Below, one piece after another: positions 8,833-18,416 of a stretch of DNA of 32,000 nucleotides. Position 1 is the stretch's first letter. Every line of letters begins with the position of its first letter. The stretch spans positions 540,001 through 572,000 of the forward strand of contig NC_020409.1 in NCBI RefSeq assembly GCF_000341895.1. Direction: 5' to 3'. The notes beneath the pieces are model-generated. The model saw only the letters and a program-made list of their open reading frames with translations. It made no database searches and was not told the DNA's origin. A program made the translations under genes and the position numbers. The stretch comes from Pseudodesulfovibrio piezophilus C1TLV30. Its GTDB lineage: Bacteria > Desulfobacterota > Desulfovibrionia > Desulfovibrionales > Desulfovibrionaceae.

Positions 8833-10578
8833 CTAATTCTCAAAATAAGACCTGAGAAGAGCACTGCGGACAGGATGCCGCAATTTCCGCAATGCTTTCG
8901 CTTCAATCTGTCGTATACGCTCACGGGTTACATTAAAGAGCTTCCCGACTTCCTCAAGGGTGTGATCAGATTTCTCACCAATTCCAAAGCGTTTTCGCAG
9001 TACCTGCTCTTCTCTCGGTGTCAGATCAGAAAGAACCGATGCGATCTGTTCTCCCAGCTTGGTTGACACCACTTCTTCAGCCGGCGCAGTCGCTTTCTTA
9101 TCTTCTATGAAATCTCCCAAGCTCGAATCTTCTTCGTCGCCAATTGGAGTCTCAAGTGAGATTGGTTCTTTGGCAATCTTGAGAACTTTTTTGACTTTCT
9201 CAAGGGGGTAATCCATACGTTCCGCAATTTCCTCAGGAGAAGGATCTCGTCCAAGTTCCTGCACCAAATACCGAGAAGTTCTGATAAGTTTATTTATGGT
9301 TTCGATCATATGCACAGGAATACGAATCGTCCTCGCCTGATCAGCAATAGCACGCGTAATAGCCTGTCTTATCCACCATGTAGCATAGGTTGAGAACTTA
9401 TATCCTCGCTGGTACTCGAATTTGTCCACAGCCTTCATAAGCCCAATATTTCCTTCCTGAATAAGATCAAGAAATTGAAGCCCACGGTTTGTATATTTTT
9501 TGGCTATGGAAACAACCAGACGCAGGTTTGCACGAATCAATTCCTGCTTAGCGCGCATGGCTGACTGATTTCCTCGCTTGATGCGCCATAAAACTTCCTC
9601 AAGATCATGGACCGAGTGGCAGCATTTATCTTGAAGACGATTCATTATCTCCAGTTTTCCTGCGAGCATTTCTTTGAAAGAAAAGAACTCTTCAACTGTC
9701 ATGCCGAGAACATCCGCAGCGACAACAGGATTGGTTTCACGGTCATCCACTTTCTTAAATAATTCTTCTATTTCACTTTTGGTCTGCCCGACAGAAAGAA
9801 TATAAGCAGAAAGATCCCGCTGACAATTATGCATTTGCCGCACATAATCATTAACAGTCTCAATAATACGATCAATCAGAGTTTTTTCGAGCTTTATGTC
9901 ACGCAAACGTGTGACGACTTCATCTTTATAGCCAAGAATGTCTTTCTGGACACCGTAAACTCGTTTATCCAGATTGGCACAATAGTCTAGCTTATCGTAA
10001 AGTTTGCGTTTTTTCTTGTAGAGTTTCTTGACTTCAGCCAAAAGATGAATGACGCGCTGACGCTGGTTCATTTCATCTTCACTTGGATCGTCTTCTTCAA
10101 TGGTCTTAACGACATCTTTGAGTTTGACTCGCCCTTCTTCAAGGTCTTCGCCAACAGCAACTAACTCTTCAACGGCTACCGGAACTTCAATAAGGGAATA
10201 CAAAACATCCAATTCACCATTTTCAATCTTCTTGGCAATGACTACTTCCCCTTCTCGGTCAAGAAGAGGAACAGCTCCCATCTCACGAAGATACATACGA
10301 ACAGGATCAGTACTCCTTGATGCATAATCGGCTGAATCTTCATCCTTTTCCGTCAACTTAAGATCTTTGTCATCGGCTTCAAATTTCTTTTCGTTGCCAT
10401 CAGCGTCTACAAGAGCGATACCCATCTGCTCAAAAATAGCATGGATTTCTTCCAATTGTTCAGCCGAATTGTAGTCGGCCGGTAAAGCCTTGCTCAATTC
10501 ATCGTAGGTCAGGAATCCTTTTTTCTTACCTTCAGCGATAAGAGTCTTGATATGCTGGATTTCCTTAATGTTGCTCAT
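8833..10578 (-). CDS. rpoD: RNA polymerase primary sigma factor (sigma-70)
   Basis: Regions 1.1-4 are recognisable: [14 protein letters not shown] (2.x), [16 protein letters not shown], and the region 4 [23 protein letters not shown]. Confidence 0.95.
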   Translation of the reverse strand: MSNIKEIQHIKTLIAEGKKKGFLTYDELSKALPADYNSAEQLEEIHAIFEQMGIALVDADGNEKKFEADDKDLKLTEKDEDSADYASRSTDPVRMYLREMGAVPLLDREGEVVIAKKIENGELDVLYSLIEVPVAVEELVAVGEDLEEGRVKLKDVVKTIEEDDPSEDEMNQRQRVIHLLAEVKKLYKKKRKLYDKLDYCANLDKRVYGVQKDILGYKDEVVTRLRDIKLEKTLIDRIIETVNDYVRQMHNCQRDLSAYILSVGQTKSEIEELFKKVDDRETNPVVAADVLGMTVEEFFSFKEMLAGKLEIMNRLQDKCCHSVHDLEEVLWRIKRGNQSAMRAKQELIRANLRLVVSIAKKYTNRGLQFLDLIQEGNIGLMKAVDKFEYQRGYKFSTYATWWIRQAITRAIADQARTIRIPVHMIETINKLIRTSRYLVQELGRDPSPEEIAERMDYPLEKVKKVLKIAKEPISLETPIGDEEDSSLGDFIEDKKATAPAEEVVSTKLGEQIASVLSDLTPREEQVLRKRFGIGEKSDHTLEEVGKLFNVTRERIRQIEAKALRKLRHPVRSALLRSYFEN

Positions 10579-12325
10579 CGTCCCTCCTGAGAGATTCTTC
10601 CAAAGCCCGAAAACATTCGTTTATTCGCTGCCGATCGCCGCTGAGTTGAGCCTGATGTAAGGCTTCCTTAAGCTGACGTCTAGTATGCTTATTTTGCCCA
10701 ATCGCAATTTTATTGCAGATATGTTCCCATTCGTCCAGTAATTCACGCCCAGAGAGTATAGATTCATGCACTTCTTCTCGACTTTTAATGTAAAAGCTCT
10801 TTTCTTGATTATTCAGCAGGCCCAATATGTGTCCGTGCTGCACATTGACAAGCTTTTCCCACAAAGCCTTCGCCCAATCAGTGCATAAAATACGCTCAAA
10901 ACCTTTTTCCACCAGCGCCGGAATATAATCCGGATACTGAATTGGAAATTTCAAAAAGTAACTATCATCTTTATCTTCCTTGCCCTGCTGAAAAAAAGGC
11001 TGTATCGGATCGCTTTGATGGTGTGAGGACTGTTCTGTACGTGGCAGAGTCCTCTTAGCAGGGCTGGAGATTCCTGTATCCCGTCTAAAATCGGCCTCTG
11101 CCAATCCCAATCCGTCTGCAATGCGAGGCAAGTAGTAGGCCTTAAGAGAATTGTCGGATAATTCGGCTAAAAAACTTTTGGCCCAAGCAATGATCTCCCG
11201 TGGTGCAAACTCGGTACGCAAAGTATTCATACAAAATTGCAACCCAGCCGGAGCGTCATTCATACATACTTCAAGCCCTTCCACGCCCTTCGTTTGCAGT
11301 AAACTGTCTACATCTTCTCCTTCGGGCATGAGAACGACTTTGCAGGCTACTCCTTGAAGCAATATCATTCGACTACTTTTCAATGCAGCCTTTCGTCCAG
11401 CTCCATCACCATCGAAAATAAGGTCAATTCGAGAACAGAATCCAGCAAGTTTTTTAACTTGTTCCGAAGTTAATGCCGTCCCAAGTACTCCACAGGAATC
11501 TGTATATCCAAACTGGTGAAGCGAAATGACATCCATATACCCCTCAGTCAAAATTGCACGCTTTGTTCTCGTCATGGTAGAGCGAGCTAAACTCAAACCA
11601 TAAAGGTGGTCACCTTTTTTATAGATCGGAGTATCAGAACTATTGAGATACTTCGGTTCTCCATCTGTAATTATTCTGCCACCAAAAGCAATGACCTTGC
11701 CTGATAAATCTTGAATGGGAAAAATCAGTCGTCCCCTAAAGCGGTCATATATCTTCCCTTTGTCATTTTTAGATAATAGCCCACCTTCAACACCCTGCTC
11801 AGATGTCCATCCTTTTGACTGTATGTAATTATCTAAGCCATGCCAATCAGCTGGACTAAATCCTAAACAAAACTTCTCTATAATCTCTTGAGTTAGGCCT
11901 CGATTGCGGAGATATCGCCTTGCTATATCTCCTGTCGAAATGCTCAAATTTCGCTGAAAATATTTTTTTGATTCCTCATGCATATCGTAAAGCCTTTTTT
12001 TTCGTGCCTTACGTTCTGCAACATGGGGGTCATGAGGAACATGAGATAGTTCAATCCCAGCTTCCCCTGCAAGTTGTTCAAGCGACTGTCGAAAATCAAG
12101 CCCATTGATTCGCGAGTAAAAATCTATGACATCGCCAGAGGCCTGACAGCCAAAACAATAAAAGAAGCCTTCCTCATCATTCACAGACATCGAGGGCTTC
12201 GTTTCCTGATGGAATGGACATGCTCCCATCCACCGGCCTGAAACAGGCTTCAGGTCAACATAACGGCGAACTATATCCGCAATGCTGAGTTTGGCCTTTA
12301 TAGCCTCCACAGCACTTCTATCCAT
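10565..12325 (-). CDS. dnaG: DNA primase
   Basis: Zn-ribbon [10 protein letters not shown]...CFGCQASGD and Toprim EGYMDV. GGAGG lies 6 nt upstream of ATG 12325, so the track's 12346 start is less likely. The 3' end overlaps the rpoD start by 14 nt. Confidence 0.9.
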   Translation of the reverse strand: MDRSAVEAIKAKLSIADIVRRYVDLKPVSGRWMGACPFHQETKPSMSVNDEEGFFYCFGCQASGDVIDFYSRINGLDFRQSLEQLAGEAGIELSHVPHDPHVAERKARKKRLYDMHEESKKYFQRNLSISTGDIARRYLRNRGLTQEIIEKFCLGFSPADWHGLDNYIQSKGWTSEQGVEGGLLSKNDKGKIYDRFRGRLIFPIQDLSGKVIAFGGRIITDGEPKYLNSSDTPIYKKGDHLYGLSLARSTMTRTKRAILTEGYMDVISLHQFGYTDSCGVLGTALTSEQVKKLAGFCSRIDLIFDGDGAGRKAALKSSRMILLQGVACKVVLMPEGEDVDSLLQTKGVEGLEVCMNDAPAGLQFCMNTLRTEFAPREIIAWAKSFLAELSDNSLKAYYLPRIADGLGLAEADFRRDTGISSPAKRTLPRTEQSSHHQSDPIQPFFQQGKEDKDDSYFLKFPIQYPDYIPALVEKGFERILCTDWAKALWEKLVNVQHGHILGLLNNQEKSFYIKSREEVHESILSGRELLDEWEHICNKIAIGQNKHTRRQLKEALHQAQLSGDRQRINECFRALEESLRRDDEQH

Positions 12326-12353
12326 AGCGCGCCTCCACGCCGACATGGGTCGG

Positions 12354-14726
12354 CTACTTGAGAATTACTTCGGTCATACCATCTCCGCCATGTTCTTCAT
12401 TGGCAAGAGAAAAGCTTGCAACTGATGGATAATATTTTAAAAAACCATGAACTTCTCGACGTAATGCCCCTGTCCCTCGTCCATGTATAATCTCAATTTT
12501 ACCAGCTCCTTTTTGAAGAGCATTATCCATGGCTCGTTCCAATTCAGCCAAAGCCATATCTGCCCTATTACCTCTCAAATCAACTTCAACGACGAGGTCC
12601 GATGAAATTTTTGAATTGTTTTTCAGAGGAGAACTGACTGATTTGTTTTTTCGAGCAGGTCCAAGGTGTTGGGCTTTGACCCACATCGCAACTCCACCAA
12701 TATCAACTTTTGCCTGCTTCTTTTTTGCATTGACCTCAAGAACTGTTCCTGATTTATCCCATGCCAAATAAGCGACCTCTAACCCCGGTACTAGATCTTC
12801 AAAGCTGAATATTGTTGGTGGCTTTTGAGAAAGCGGTGACAATTCTTCTGCTTTTTCACGAACTCGCGCCAGTTGCTTCCGAGCTTCTTTATGTCCTAAT
12901 TTATCTGCCTGCCACTTCTTGACAACATCTTGCGCCTGTCCTTGAATCTTATCAAGAAGTTGCCCGTGTTCTTTTTCAAATTGAGTTTGAAGTTGAGCCC
13001 GCTTTCGCTCCATCTTAGCTCGCTCTTTTTCAAGAGCAGTTAAAGCACCTTCTCTCTCCACGGCAATCTTATTCAGTTTATCCAGAACATGAGAAGTATC
13101 AGAGCCATCCAATAATAAATATTTTTCAGCTCGTTCCAAAATTGAAACAGGTAAACCATGCTCTCGAGCTACATCAAGAGCAATGGAAGCTCCCACCTGA
13201 TCATAGGCGAGTTTATACAACGGTCGCTTTGTACTAGGGTCAAATAACACACTGGCAGCACGGACTGAGTCCATTGCCATCGCATAAGCTTTCAATGCAG
13301 GAAAATGTGTGGCAATAAGCGTTATCGCCTTCCGTTCCACGAGAGAATCAATAACGGCTTGAGCAAGGGCTGCGCCCTGAGTAGGGTCCGTTCCAGCACC
13401 AAACTCATCAAGAATAAAAAGAGTTTGAGGACCGACCTTATCCCAAACACGCTTGAGGTACTGGATTTGCGCCGTAAATGTCGAAACATTTTCTTCAAGT
13501 GATTGCTCATCACCCATAACGACAAAAATATCGGTCCACATAGGCAAGCGACTTCCTTCCGCTACCGGTACAGGAAGACCTGTCAGGGCCATTAAAGTAA
13601 TAAGCCCCAAAGTTTTCAAGCAAACGGTCTTCCCCCCCGCATTTCCCCCGCTCACAATCAACGCGCTTTGGCCCTGGAGTAGTTCGATAGACAACGGTTG
13701 GACAGAATCATCTGCAAGCGCGATCAAAGGATGTCTTGCCTTGATCAACTTCGGCTCACCTTCTTCAGTCATTTCCAAAGTTCTTCCATCAATACGACTG
13801 GCAAGGGCGACTTTTGCCAGCAAAACATCAAGTTGCACAAGCCCTTTATAGGCTTCAAAAATATTATTTTTTTCTTGTCTGACAAGATCCGTAAGATATG
13901 CCAAAACACGGTACTCTTCTTCTCTCTCTTCTCTCTTGAGTTCCTGTAGCCGATTATTCGTTTCAACAAGAAAAACAGGCTCAAAATAACAAGTTTCACC
14001 TGTTTGTGAATAGTCGTGAATAATGCCCTGTGTTTTATTCTTGAAATTAACTTTCAAGGGAAGAACATATCTATCGGATGCAATGGTTATGAATTCATCC
14101 TGTAATGCCTGTCCCATATTCTCACGCAGGATAAACTCTTTCACCCTTTTGGTGCAGCGTTGGTGTATGGATCTGATTTCCTGCCTGACAGAAAGAAGGC
14201 CTGGAGAACTTTCATCCTTGATAGCCCCTTCCATATCCAGACATCGCCCTATTGCGGACATAGTCTTGACAGGCCATTCGTATCCAAAAAAAATACCCCA
14301 AAGGAATTCCCATCCTCTCTCTTCGTAAAAAGATAAAGATTCGCGAGAAGCTTTGACGAGATCAAGCGCTTGCTTCAAGGCAAAAAGTCCATCTTGATCC
14401 AAAACACCATTTTGTTTTTCAAGATAGTCAAAAAGCCCCTGAAGGTCAGGAAAGGGTTTTATGACAAAATCGGATTCGGCATTCCAGGCTGCGGCTTGCT
14501 CAAAAAGTGTGGTTGCCTGCCAAACCTGCTCTATTTCAGGATAAGGGCGCAGGTTAAGACAAGCCGACGCCCCTGCTTCAGAAACAGCAAAACTAGCCAG
14601 CGCTCCGAGAATTTTCGGAAACTCTAGGACCTGGTAGGTTCTGGACTCCATGTGAGTCATTGAGATTTTAGGAGTGTCAGGAAACAAGTTTGGACTTGAC
14701 CAAGTTGCTGGCTTTTTTGCCATCAA
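12354..14726 (-). CDS. mutS2: Endonuclease MutS2 (MutS-II ATPase plus C-terminal Smr domain). The start is uncertain (14726/14723, 14660 or 14651).
   Basis: Walker A GGNAGGKTV, MutS signature STF.AQI, and Smr domain VDLRGNRADMA...IIHGRGTGALR at the C-terminus. Confidence 0.85.
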   Translation of the reverse strand: MMAKKPATWSSPNLFPDTPKISMTHMESRTYQVLEFPKILGALASFAVSEAGASACLNLRPYPEIEQVWQATTLFEQAAAWNAESDFVIKPFPDLQGLFDYLEKQNGVLDQDGLFALKQALDLVKASRESLSFYEERGWEFLWGIFFGYEWPVKTMSAIGRCLDMEGAIKDESSPGLLSVRQEIRSIHQRCTKRVKEFILRENMGQALQDEFITIASDRYVLPLKVNFKNKTQGIIHDYSQTGETCYFEPVFLVETNNRLQELKREEREEEYRVLAYLTDLVRQEKNNIFEAYKGLVQLDVLLAKVALASRIDGRTLEMTEEGEPKLIKARHPLIALADDSVQPLSIELLQGQSALIVSGGNAGGKTVCLKTLGLITLMALTGLPVPVAEGSRLPMWTDIFVVMGDEQSLEENVSTFTAQIQYLKRVWDKVGPQTLFILDEFGAGTDPTQGAALAQAVIDSLVERKAITLIATHFPALKAYAMAMDSVRAASVLFDPSTKRPLYKLAYDQVGASIALDVAREHGLPVSILERAEKYLLLDGSDTSHVLDKLNKIAVEREGALTALEKERAKMERKRAQLQTQFEKEHGQLLDKIQGQAQDVVKKWQADKLGHKEARKQLARVREKAEELSPLSQKPPTIFSFEDLVPGLEVAYLAWDKSGTVLEVNAKKKQAKVDIGGVAMWVKAQHLGPARKNKSVSSPLKNNSKISSDLVVEVDLRGNRADMALAELERAMDNALQKGAGKIEIIHGRGTGALRREVHGFLKYYPSVASFSLANEEHGGDGMTEVILK

Positions 14727-15126
14727 CTTGCCCTTTGTAAGCTGCGAGAACAGCTCCCATCACCTTGCCCATATCCCGAGCGTCAACAGCTCCGACCTCA
14801 ACAATGAACTGATCAACTATCTCTGAGAGTTCATCATCTGAAAGCTGCCTCGGCATGTACTGCTCAAGAGCCGTCAACTCTTCGGCTTCAATTTTTGCAA
14901 GATCATCCCGGCCTGCGCTGGTATATTGCTCAAAAGAATCCTTACGTTGTTTTACCTGCTTAGTAATCAACTCAAGAACTTCATCATCGGACAAAGAATC
15001 ACATTGAGCATCAACCAAACGATTTTTGATGGCCGTCTTGAGATGCCTCAAGACGGCCACTTTGACCGTAGCTTTGGCTTTGTAAGCCTCAATGTAGTCT
15101 TTGTCTATTTTCTTTGATAGACTCAT
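14677..15126 (-). CDS. yqeY: GatB/YqeY domain-containing protein
   Basis: The sequence from MSLSKKIDKDYIEAYKAK onward is typical of the YqeY family. ATG 15126 lies 1 nt after the rpsU stop. The track's 26-aa upstream extension overlaps rpsU and is rejected. Confidence 0.8.
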   Translation of the reverse strand: MSLSKKIDKDYIEAYKAKATVKVAVLRHLKTAIKNRLVDAQCDSLSDDEVLELITKQVKQRKDSFEQYTSAGRDDLAKIEAEELTALEQYMPRQLSDDELSEIVDQFIVEVGAVDARDMGKVMGAVLAAYKGQVDGKKASNLVKSKLVS

Positions 15127-15127
15127 T

Positions 15128-15328
15128 CTACATTCCACGCATTTTGCGCATTTTTTTGGCAAGCCTTTTTTTGGCGGCAGCTTTCTTTTTCTTCTTCTGC
15201 ACACTTGGCTTTTCGTAATGTTGACGCTTCTTCAACTCGGAAAGAATTCCTGCTTTTTCAACCTGCTTCTTAAAACGTCGCAGAGAAATGTCGAAGTTAT
15301 CACTGTCATCTAAGTAAACGCCGGGCAA
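15128..15328 (-). CDS. rpsU: 30S ribosomal protein S21
   Basis: [42 protein letters not shown] followed by a Lys-rich tail. TTG start preceded by GGAGGTGA. Confidence 0.9.
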   Translation of the reverse strand: MPGVYLDDSDNFDISLRRFKKQVEKAGILSELKKRQHYEKPSVQKKKKKAAAKKRLAKKMRKMRGM

Positions 15329-15389
15329 AGTAAATCACCTCCTCGGTGAACTGCCCACTCAAATGGTGGGCTAGCGAAATAGGAGAAGT

Positions 15390-15418
15390 TAGATAAACTG
15401 ACTGAAGAGAAAAAGCAA
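15390..15418 (-). promoter_or_regulatory. Candidate sigma-70 promoter for rpsU and the downstream cluster
   Basis: Read on the minus strand: TTGCTT-N17-TATCTA. The leader that follows has a CCCAC...GTGGG hairpin before the SD. Confidence 0.25.
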
Positions 15419-15473
15419 CTCAAAAAAAACTTTTTTTCAAAGATAATGAAAAACTCTCTCTCATTAAGAGACT

Positions 15474-15507
15474 AAAAGAGAGCCTGCTTCCCATGGAGAG
15501 CAGGCTA
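15474..15507 (-). terminator. Hairpin downstream of the hup/small-ORF unit
   Basis: AGCCTGCT-N11-AGCAGGCT (8-bp stem). On the minus strand it is followed by CTCTTTT and flanked by an A/T run. Confidence 0.4.
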
Positions 15508-15527
15508 AAAAAAAATAAAAGACACGC

Positions 15528-15698
15528 TTAATGTTGTGCTTTTTTCGAATCACACCAAGATTTAATTATGGTATAAGCTAAACCTGCTCCAAGAACTCCC
15601 AGAACAACATAAAGTACGCCAAAGAAAACAAAATGATCAGGCATCCACCATGGGAGATCCATAGGCAGGGAACTGTGTACTGTTTCACCGTGAATCAT
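15528..15698 (-). CDS. Small (56 aa) single-pass membrane protein, below the ORF-track size cutoff
   Basis: Hand translation gives MIHGETVHSSLPMDLPWWMPDHFVFFGVLYVVLGVLGAGLAYTIIKSWCDSKKAQH. AGGAG (15706-15710) lies 7 nt upstream of the ATG. It starts 14 nt after the hup stop, has one clear TM helix and a basic C-terminus. Confidence 0.45.
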   Translation of the reverse strand: MIHGETVHSSLPMDLPWWMPDHFVFFGVLYVVLGVLGAGLAYTIIKSWCDSKKAQH

Positions 15699-15712
15699 AT
15701 CTCAACTCCTGA

Positions 15713-15985
15713 TTACTTAACTGCATCCTTAAGGATTTTGCCAGGACGAAATTTAACAACCTTAGTAGCTTCGATCTTAATCTCAGCACCAGTCCGGGGG
15801 TTGCGGCCAACTCGAGCTTTCCGCTCGTCAACAATGAAAGTTCCAAACCCCGTCAATGTGAGTTTCCCCTCACTCACAAGTGTTCCCTCAACTGTCTCCA
15901 AAAAGGCATTCAATGCACGCTCGGCATGTGCTTTGGTCATATTGGCCTTCTCAGCAATTTTGTCTACCAACTCAGCCTTTGTCAT
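15713..15985 (-). CDS. hup: HU family DNA-binding protein
   Basis: MTKAELVDKIAEKA...GFGTF...RKARVGRNPRTGAEIKI...FRPGK. 90 aa. SD GAGGAGGA. Confidence 0.9.
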   Translation of the reverse strand: MTKAELVDKIAEKANMTKAHAERALNAFLETVEGTLVSEGKLTLTGFGTFIVDERKARVGRNPRTGAEIKIEATKVVKFRPGKILKDAVK

Positions 15986-16206
15986 CAGTCCATCCTCCTC
16001 AATAAGATTAACCTAAAGTATCGCGTGAAGTGCAAATAGATTCAAAGAAACATTCGTACACACTTCTTTTCCTAACAACTTTCCTCTTGGCCTTTAATTG
16101 AAGTTTCAATTTGTGTCTAGCCCGACGACCTAAAAAACAGAAAAAAACTACGCTATATGGACCTTTCGCGCTTATCTTTATTCCCAAAAGCCCTTGAAAC
16201 CGATCT

Positions 16207-17007
16207 CTACGATTTTTTGATACACACGCATTGCGATAGCCCCAAGAATTGTTGGGGAGTGAGAGTCTCAGGTCGCGCTTCCGGTTTGACCTTTTCATTT
16301 TCAAACCACAGGTCAACCTCTTCCGACCAATGTTTTTTGAGAATTGTCGATAATTGCTTTCGCCGCTTCTGAAAAAGCATTTTTATTAACAACGAAAGAT
16401 TCGTTGGATTTGCTGGCCACTGAGAACGTGGAAGTGGTGTAAAAGATACCACAGCAGAATCAACTTTTGGCCTTGGGCGGAAAACGGTTGGAGGAACCTT
16501 GAATAAATAGCGGGTGTTCGCAAAATTGTTCACCCATGCTGTAAGCCCTCCATATGCCTTATTCCCAGGAGTCGCAGTTAACCGAAGTGCGACTTCATGT
16601 TGAACCATAAAAACGGCGTGCTGAAGCGACGTGACTTGGCTCACTATATCCCAAATGAGCTTTGACCCGACATTGTATGGAAGATTACCAATTATTTTAC
16701 AGGGTCCTAGGTGAGCTAAAGATTCCCAAGAATACTTAAGAGCATCTGTACGGACAACTTCAATGTCAGGATATTTCGATTCAAGCCTAGAGGCTAATTC
16801 GTCATCTAATTCCAGCACCATAAATTTTGTAGGATTGTTTGACTTAATGAATGAAGTTAACGCCCCTTGTCCTGGCCCTATTTCAATTATGAAGTCGCTC
16901 TTCTGCGGAGCGATGGCCTCGACGATCCTCCGACAAATATTCTGGTCTTGCAAAAAATTCTGTCCGAGACTTTTTTTAGCTCGATGTACATTGTTCGATT
17001 CAGTCAT
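16207..17007 (-). CDS. rsmA: 16S rRNA (adenine1518/1519-N6)-dimethyltransferase RsmA/KsgA
   Basis: HRAKKSLGQNFL and the SAM motif EIGPGQGALT. GGAGA lies 7 nt upstream of ATG 17007. The track's 30-aa extension to 17097 would run through the apt promoter region. Confidence 0.85.
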   Translation of the reverse strand: MTESNNVHRAKKSLGQNFLQDQNICRRIVEAIAPQKSDFIIEIGPGQGALTSFIKSNNPTKFMVLELDDELASRLESKYPDIEVVRTDALKYSWESLAHLGPCKIIGNLPYNVGSKLIWDIVSQVTSLQHAVFMVQHEVALRLTATPGNKAYGGLTAWVNNFANTRYLFKVPPTVFRPRPKVDSAVVSFTPLPRSQWPANPTNLSLLIKMLFQKRRKQLSTILKKHWSEEVDLWFENEKVKPEARPETLTPQQFLGLSQCVCIKKS

Positions 17008-17063
17008 AAGATATTCTCCGTGAGGCAGACAACTAGCCGAAGACCATGCACTGTGCAACATCA

Positions 17064-17093
17064 TTGACACGATATCTGGATAAACCGTATGAG
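17064..17093 (+). promoter_or_regulatory. Candidate sigma-70 promoter for apt-mtnP-mtaD
   Basis: Perfect -35 TTGACA, an 18-nt spacer and TATGAG. It lies about 30 nt upstream of the apt SD (AGGAGG). Confidence 0.35.
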
Positions 17094-17123
17094 ACATCGG
17101 AATTCACCTACAGGAGGAATTAA

Positions 17124-17645
17124 ATGAATTTAAGAGACTATGTGCGGGATATTCCAGATTATCCCAAAGAAGGAATCGTTTTTTTTGATATTGCACCAAT
17201 TCTAAGCACTCCGGAAGCCTTTCGCTATGCAATCGACAGCCTTGCTGAGAAATTCAAGGACTCTGGAGCCACTAAAATAGTTGCAGCCGAAGCCCGAGGT
17301 TTTATCTTTGGTGCTCCACTTGCCTATAAAATGGGTATCGGCTTTGTCCCGGTCAGAAAACCCGGCAAGCTACCATATAAGAATAGATGTGTTACATACG
17401 ATCTTGAATACGGAACAGACACTCTCTGTATACATGAAGATGCCATTGAGCCTGGTGAAAAGATACTTGTGATAGATGATCTCCTCGCTACGGGCGGGAC
17501 TGCTGAGGGGATGCTCAAACTCGTAAAAGATGCCGGAGGTGATATCGTTGGATGCGGGTTCGTGATCCAACTTGGCTTTCTTGACGGAGACCGGATTCTC
17601 GAAGAGGCGGGACAGGAACACAGTTTCTTGATCGAAATTAATTAA
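17124..17645 (+). CDS. apt: Adenine phosphoribosyltransferase
   Basis: DYPKEGIVFFDI and the PRPP loop VIDDLLATGGTA. 173 aa. Confidence 0.95.
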   Translation: MNLRDYVRDIPDYPKEGIVFFDIAPILSTPEAFRYAIDSLAEKFKDSGATKIVAAEARGFIFGAPLAYKMGIGFVPVRKPGKLPYKNRCVTYDLEYGTDTLCIHEDAIEPGEKILVIDDLLATGGTAEGMLKLVKDAGGDIVGCGFVIQLGFLDGDRILEEAGQEHSFLIEIN

Positions 17646-17655
17646 AGGTAGTTGT

Positions 17656-18405
17656 ATGACCCAAATAGGTATAATCGGTGGCAGTGGTTTGGATAACCCT
17701 GATATCCTCTCAGACGCGCAAGACCTCGATGTAACAACGCAATATGGCACTCCCTCTTCAATGCTAAAAAGTGGCAAAATAGAAGGCAAAGAGGTCGTGA
17801 TTTTGGCAAGACACGGACGGGCACACACCGTACCTCCGACTTTTGTCAATTATCGTGCAAACATCAAAGCGCTTCAGGAAGTCGGCTGTGATATGATTCT
17901 AGCAACCACTGCGTGCGGTTCTTTGCGAGAAAAGATTGATCGAGGCCACCTTGTCATTCTCGATCAATTCATCGATTTTACACGCCGCAGGGATGTTTCT
18001 TTTTATGAGGAGTTCCCTTCCCATGGTGCCGTTCATACAGGAATGGCTGATCCTTTTGACGCCAAATTAAGGAAATTACTCACCCAAGGGTGCCAATCTC
18101 TTAATATTACACATCACACAAAAGGGACTGTTATCACAATTGAAGGGTCTCGATTTTCCACGCGTGCCGAATCCAAAATGTTTCGCCAATGGGGGGCAGA
18201 TGTCATTAATATGAGTGTCGCTCCAGAATGTCTCCTGGCGAATGAAGCTGGCATTCCGTATGCTGCGGTAGCCATGAGCACAGATTATGACTGTTGGAAG
18301 GAAGATGAAGCCCCGGTAACCTGGGATGAGATCCTCAAAGTCTTTCAAGGCAATGTGGAAAAAGTTGTCGCACTTTTGCGTGAAACTATCAAAAATATCG
18401 ACTAA
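17656..18405 (+). CDS. mtnP: S-methyl-5'-thioadenosine (or 5'-methylthioinosine) phosphorylase, PNP/MTAP family
   Basis: IGIIGGSGL, ARHGRAH and INMSVAPE motifs of the trimeric PNP/MTAP family. Confidence 0.85.
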   Translation: MTQIGIIGGSGLDNPDILSDAQDLDVTTQYGTPSSMLKSGKIEGKEVVILARHGRAHTVPPTFVNYRANIKALQEVGCDMILATTACGSLREKIDRGHLVILDQFIDFTRRRDVSFYEEFPSHGAVHTGMADPFDAKLRKLLTQGCQSLNITHHTKGTVITIEGSRFSTRAESKMFRQWGADVINMSVAPECLLANEAGIPYAAVAMSTDYDCWKEDEAPVTWDEILKVFQGNVEKVVALLRETIKNID

Positions 18406-18416
18406 ACTTTGATGTC

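Noticed and set aside
16094-16107. ATTGAAgtTTCAAT palindrome in the rsmA-hup spacer as a possible operator.
   Set aside because: It is a single short AT-rich palindrome in an AT-rich spacer, so it is expected by chance. It has no second copy in the window.
16008-16316. 102-aa highly basic minus-strand ORF spanning the rsmA-hup spacer.
   Set aside because: It starts inside rsmA in another frame and has no SD. Its Arg/Lys-rich low-complexity composition comes from A/T-rich spacer sequence. The region is better explained as the hup promoter and leader (TTGAAT-N17-GATACT at 16017-16045, read on the minus strand).
17008-17097. ORF-track N-terminal extensions: rsmA to 17097, yqeY to 15204, dnaG to 12346, ndk to 6547, ihf to 28761, SBP to 3709.
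   Set aside because: In each case an internal ATG preceded by a GGAGG-type SD at 5-8 nt matches the usual family N-terminus. The extensions overlap neighbouring genes or promoter regions.
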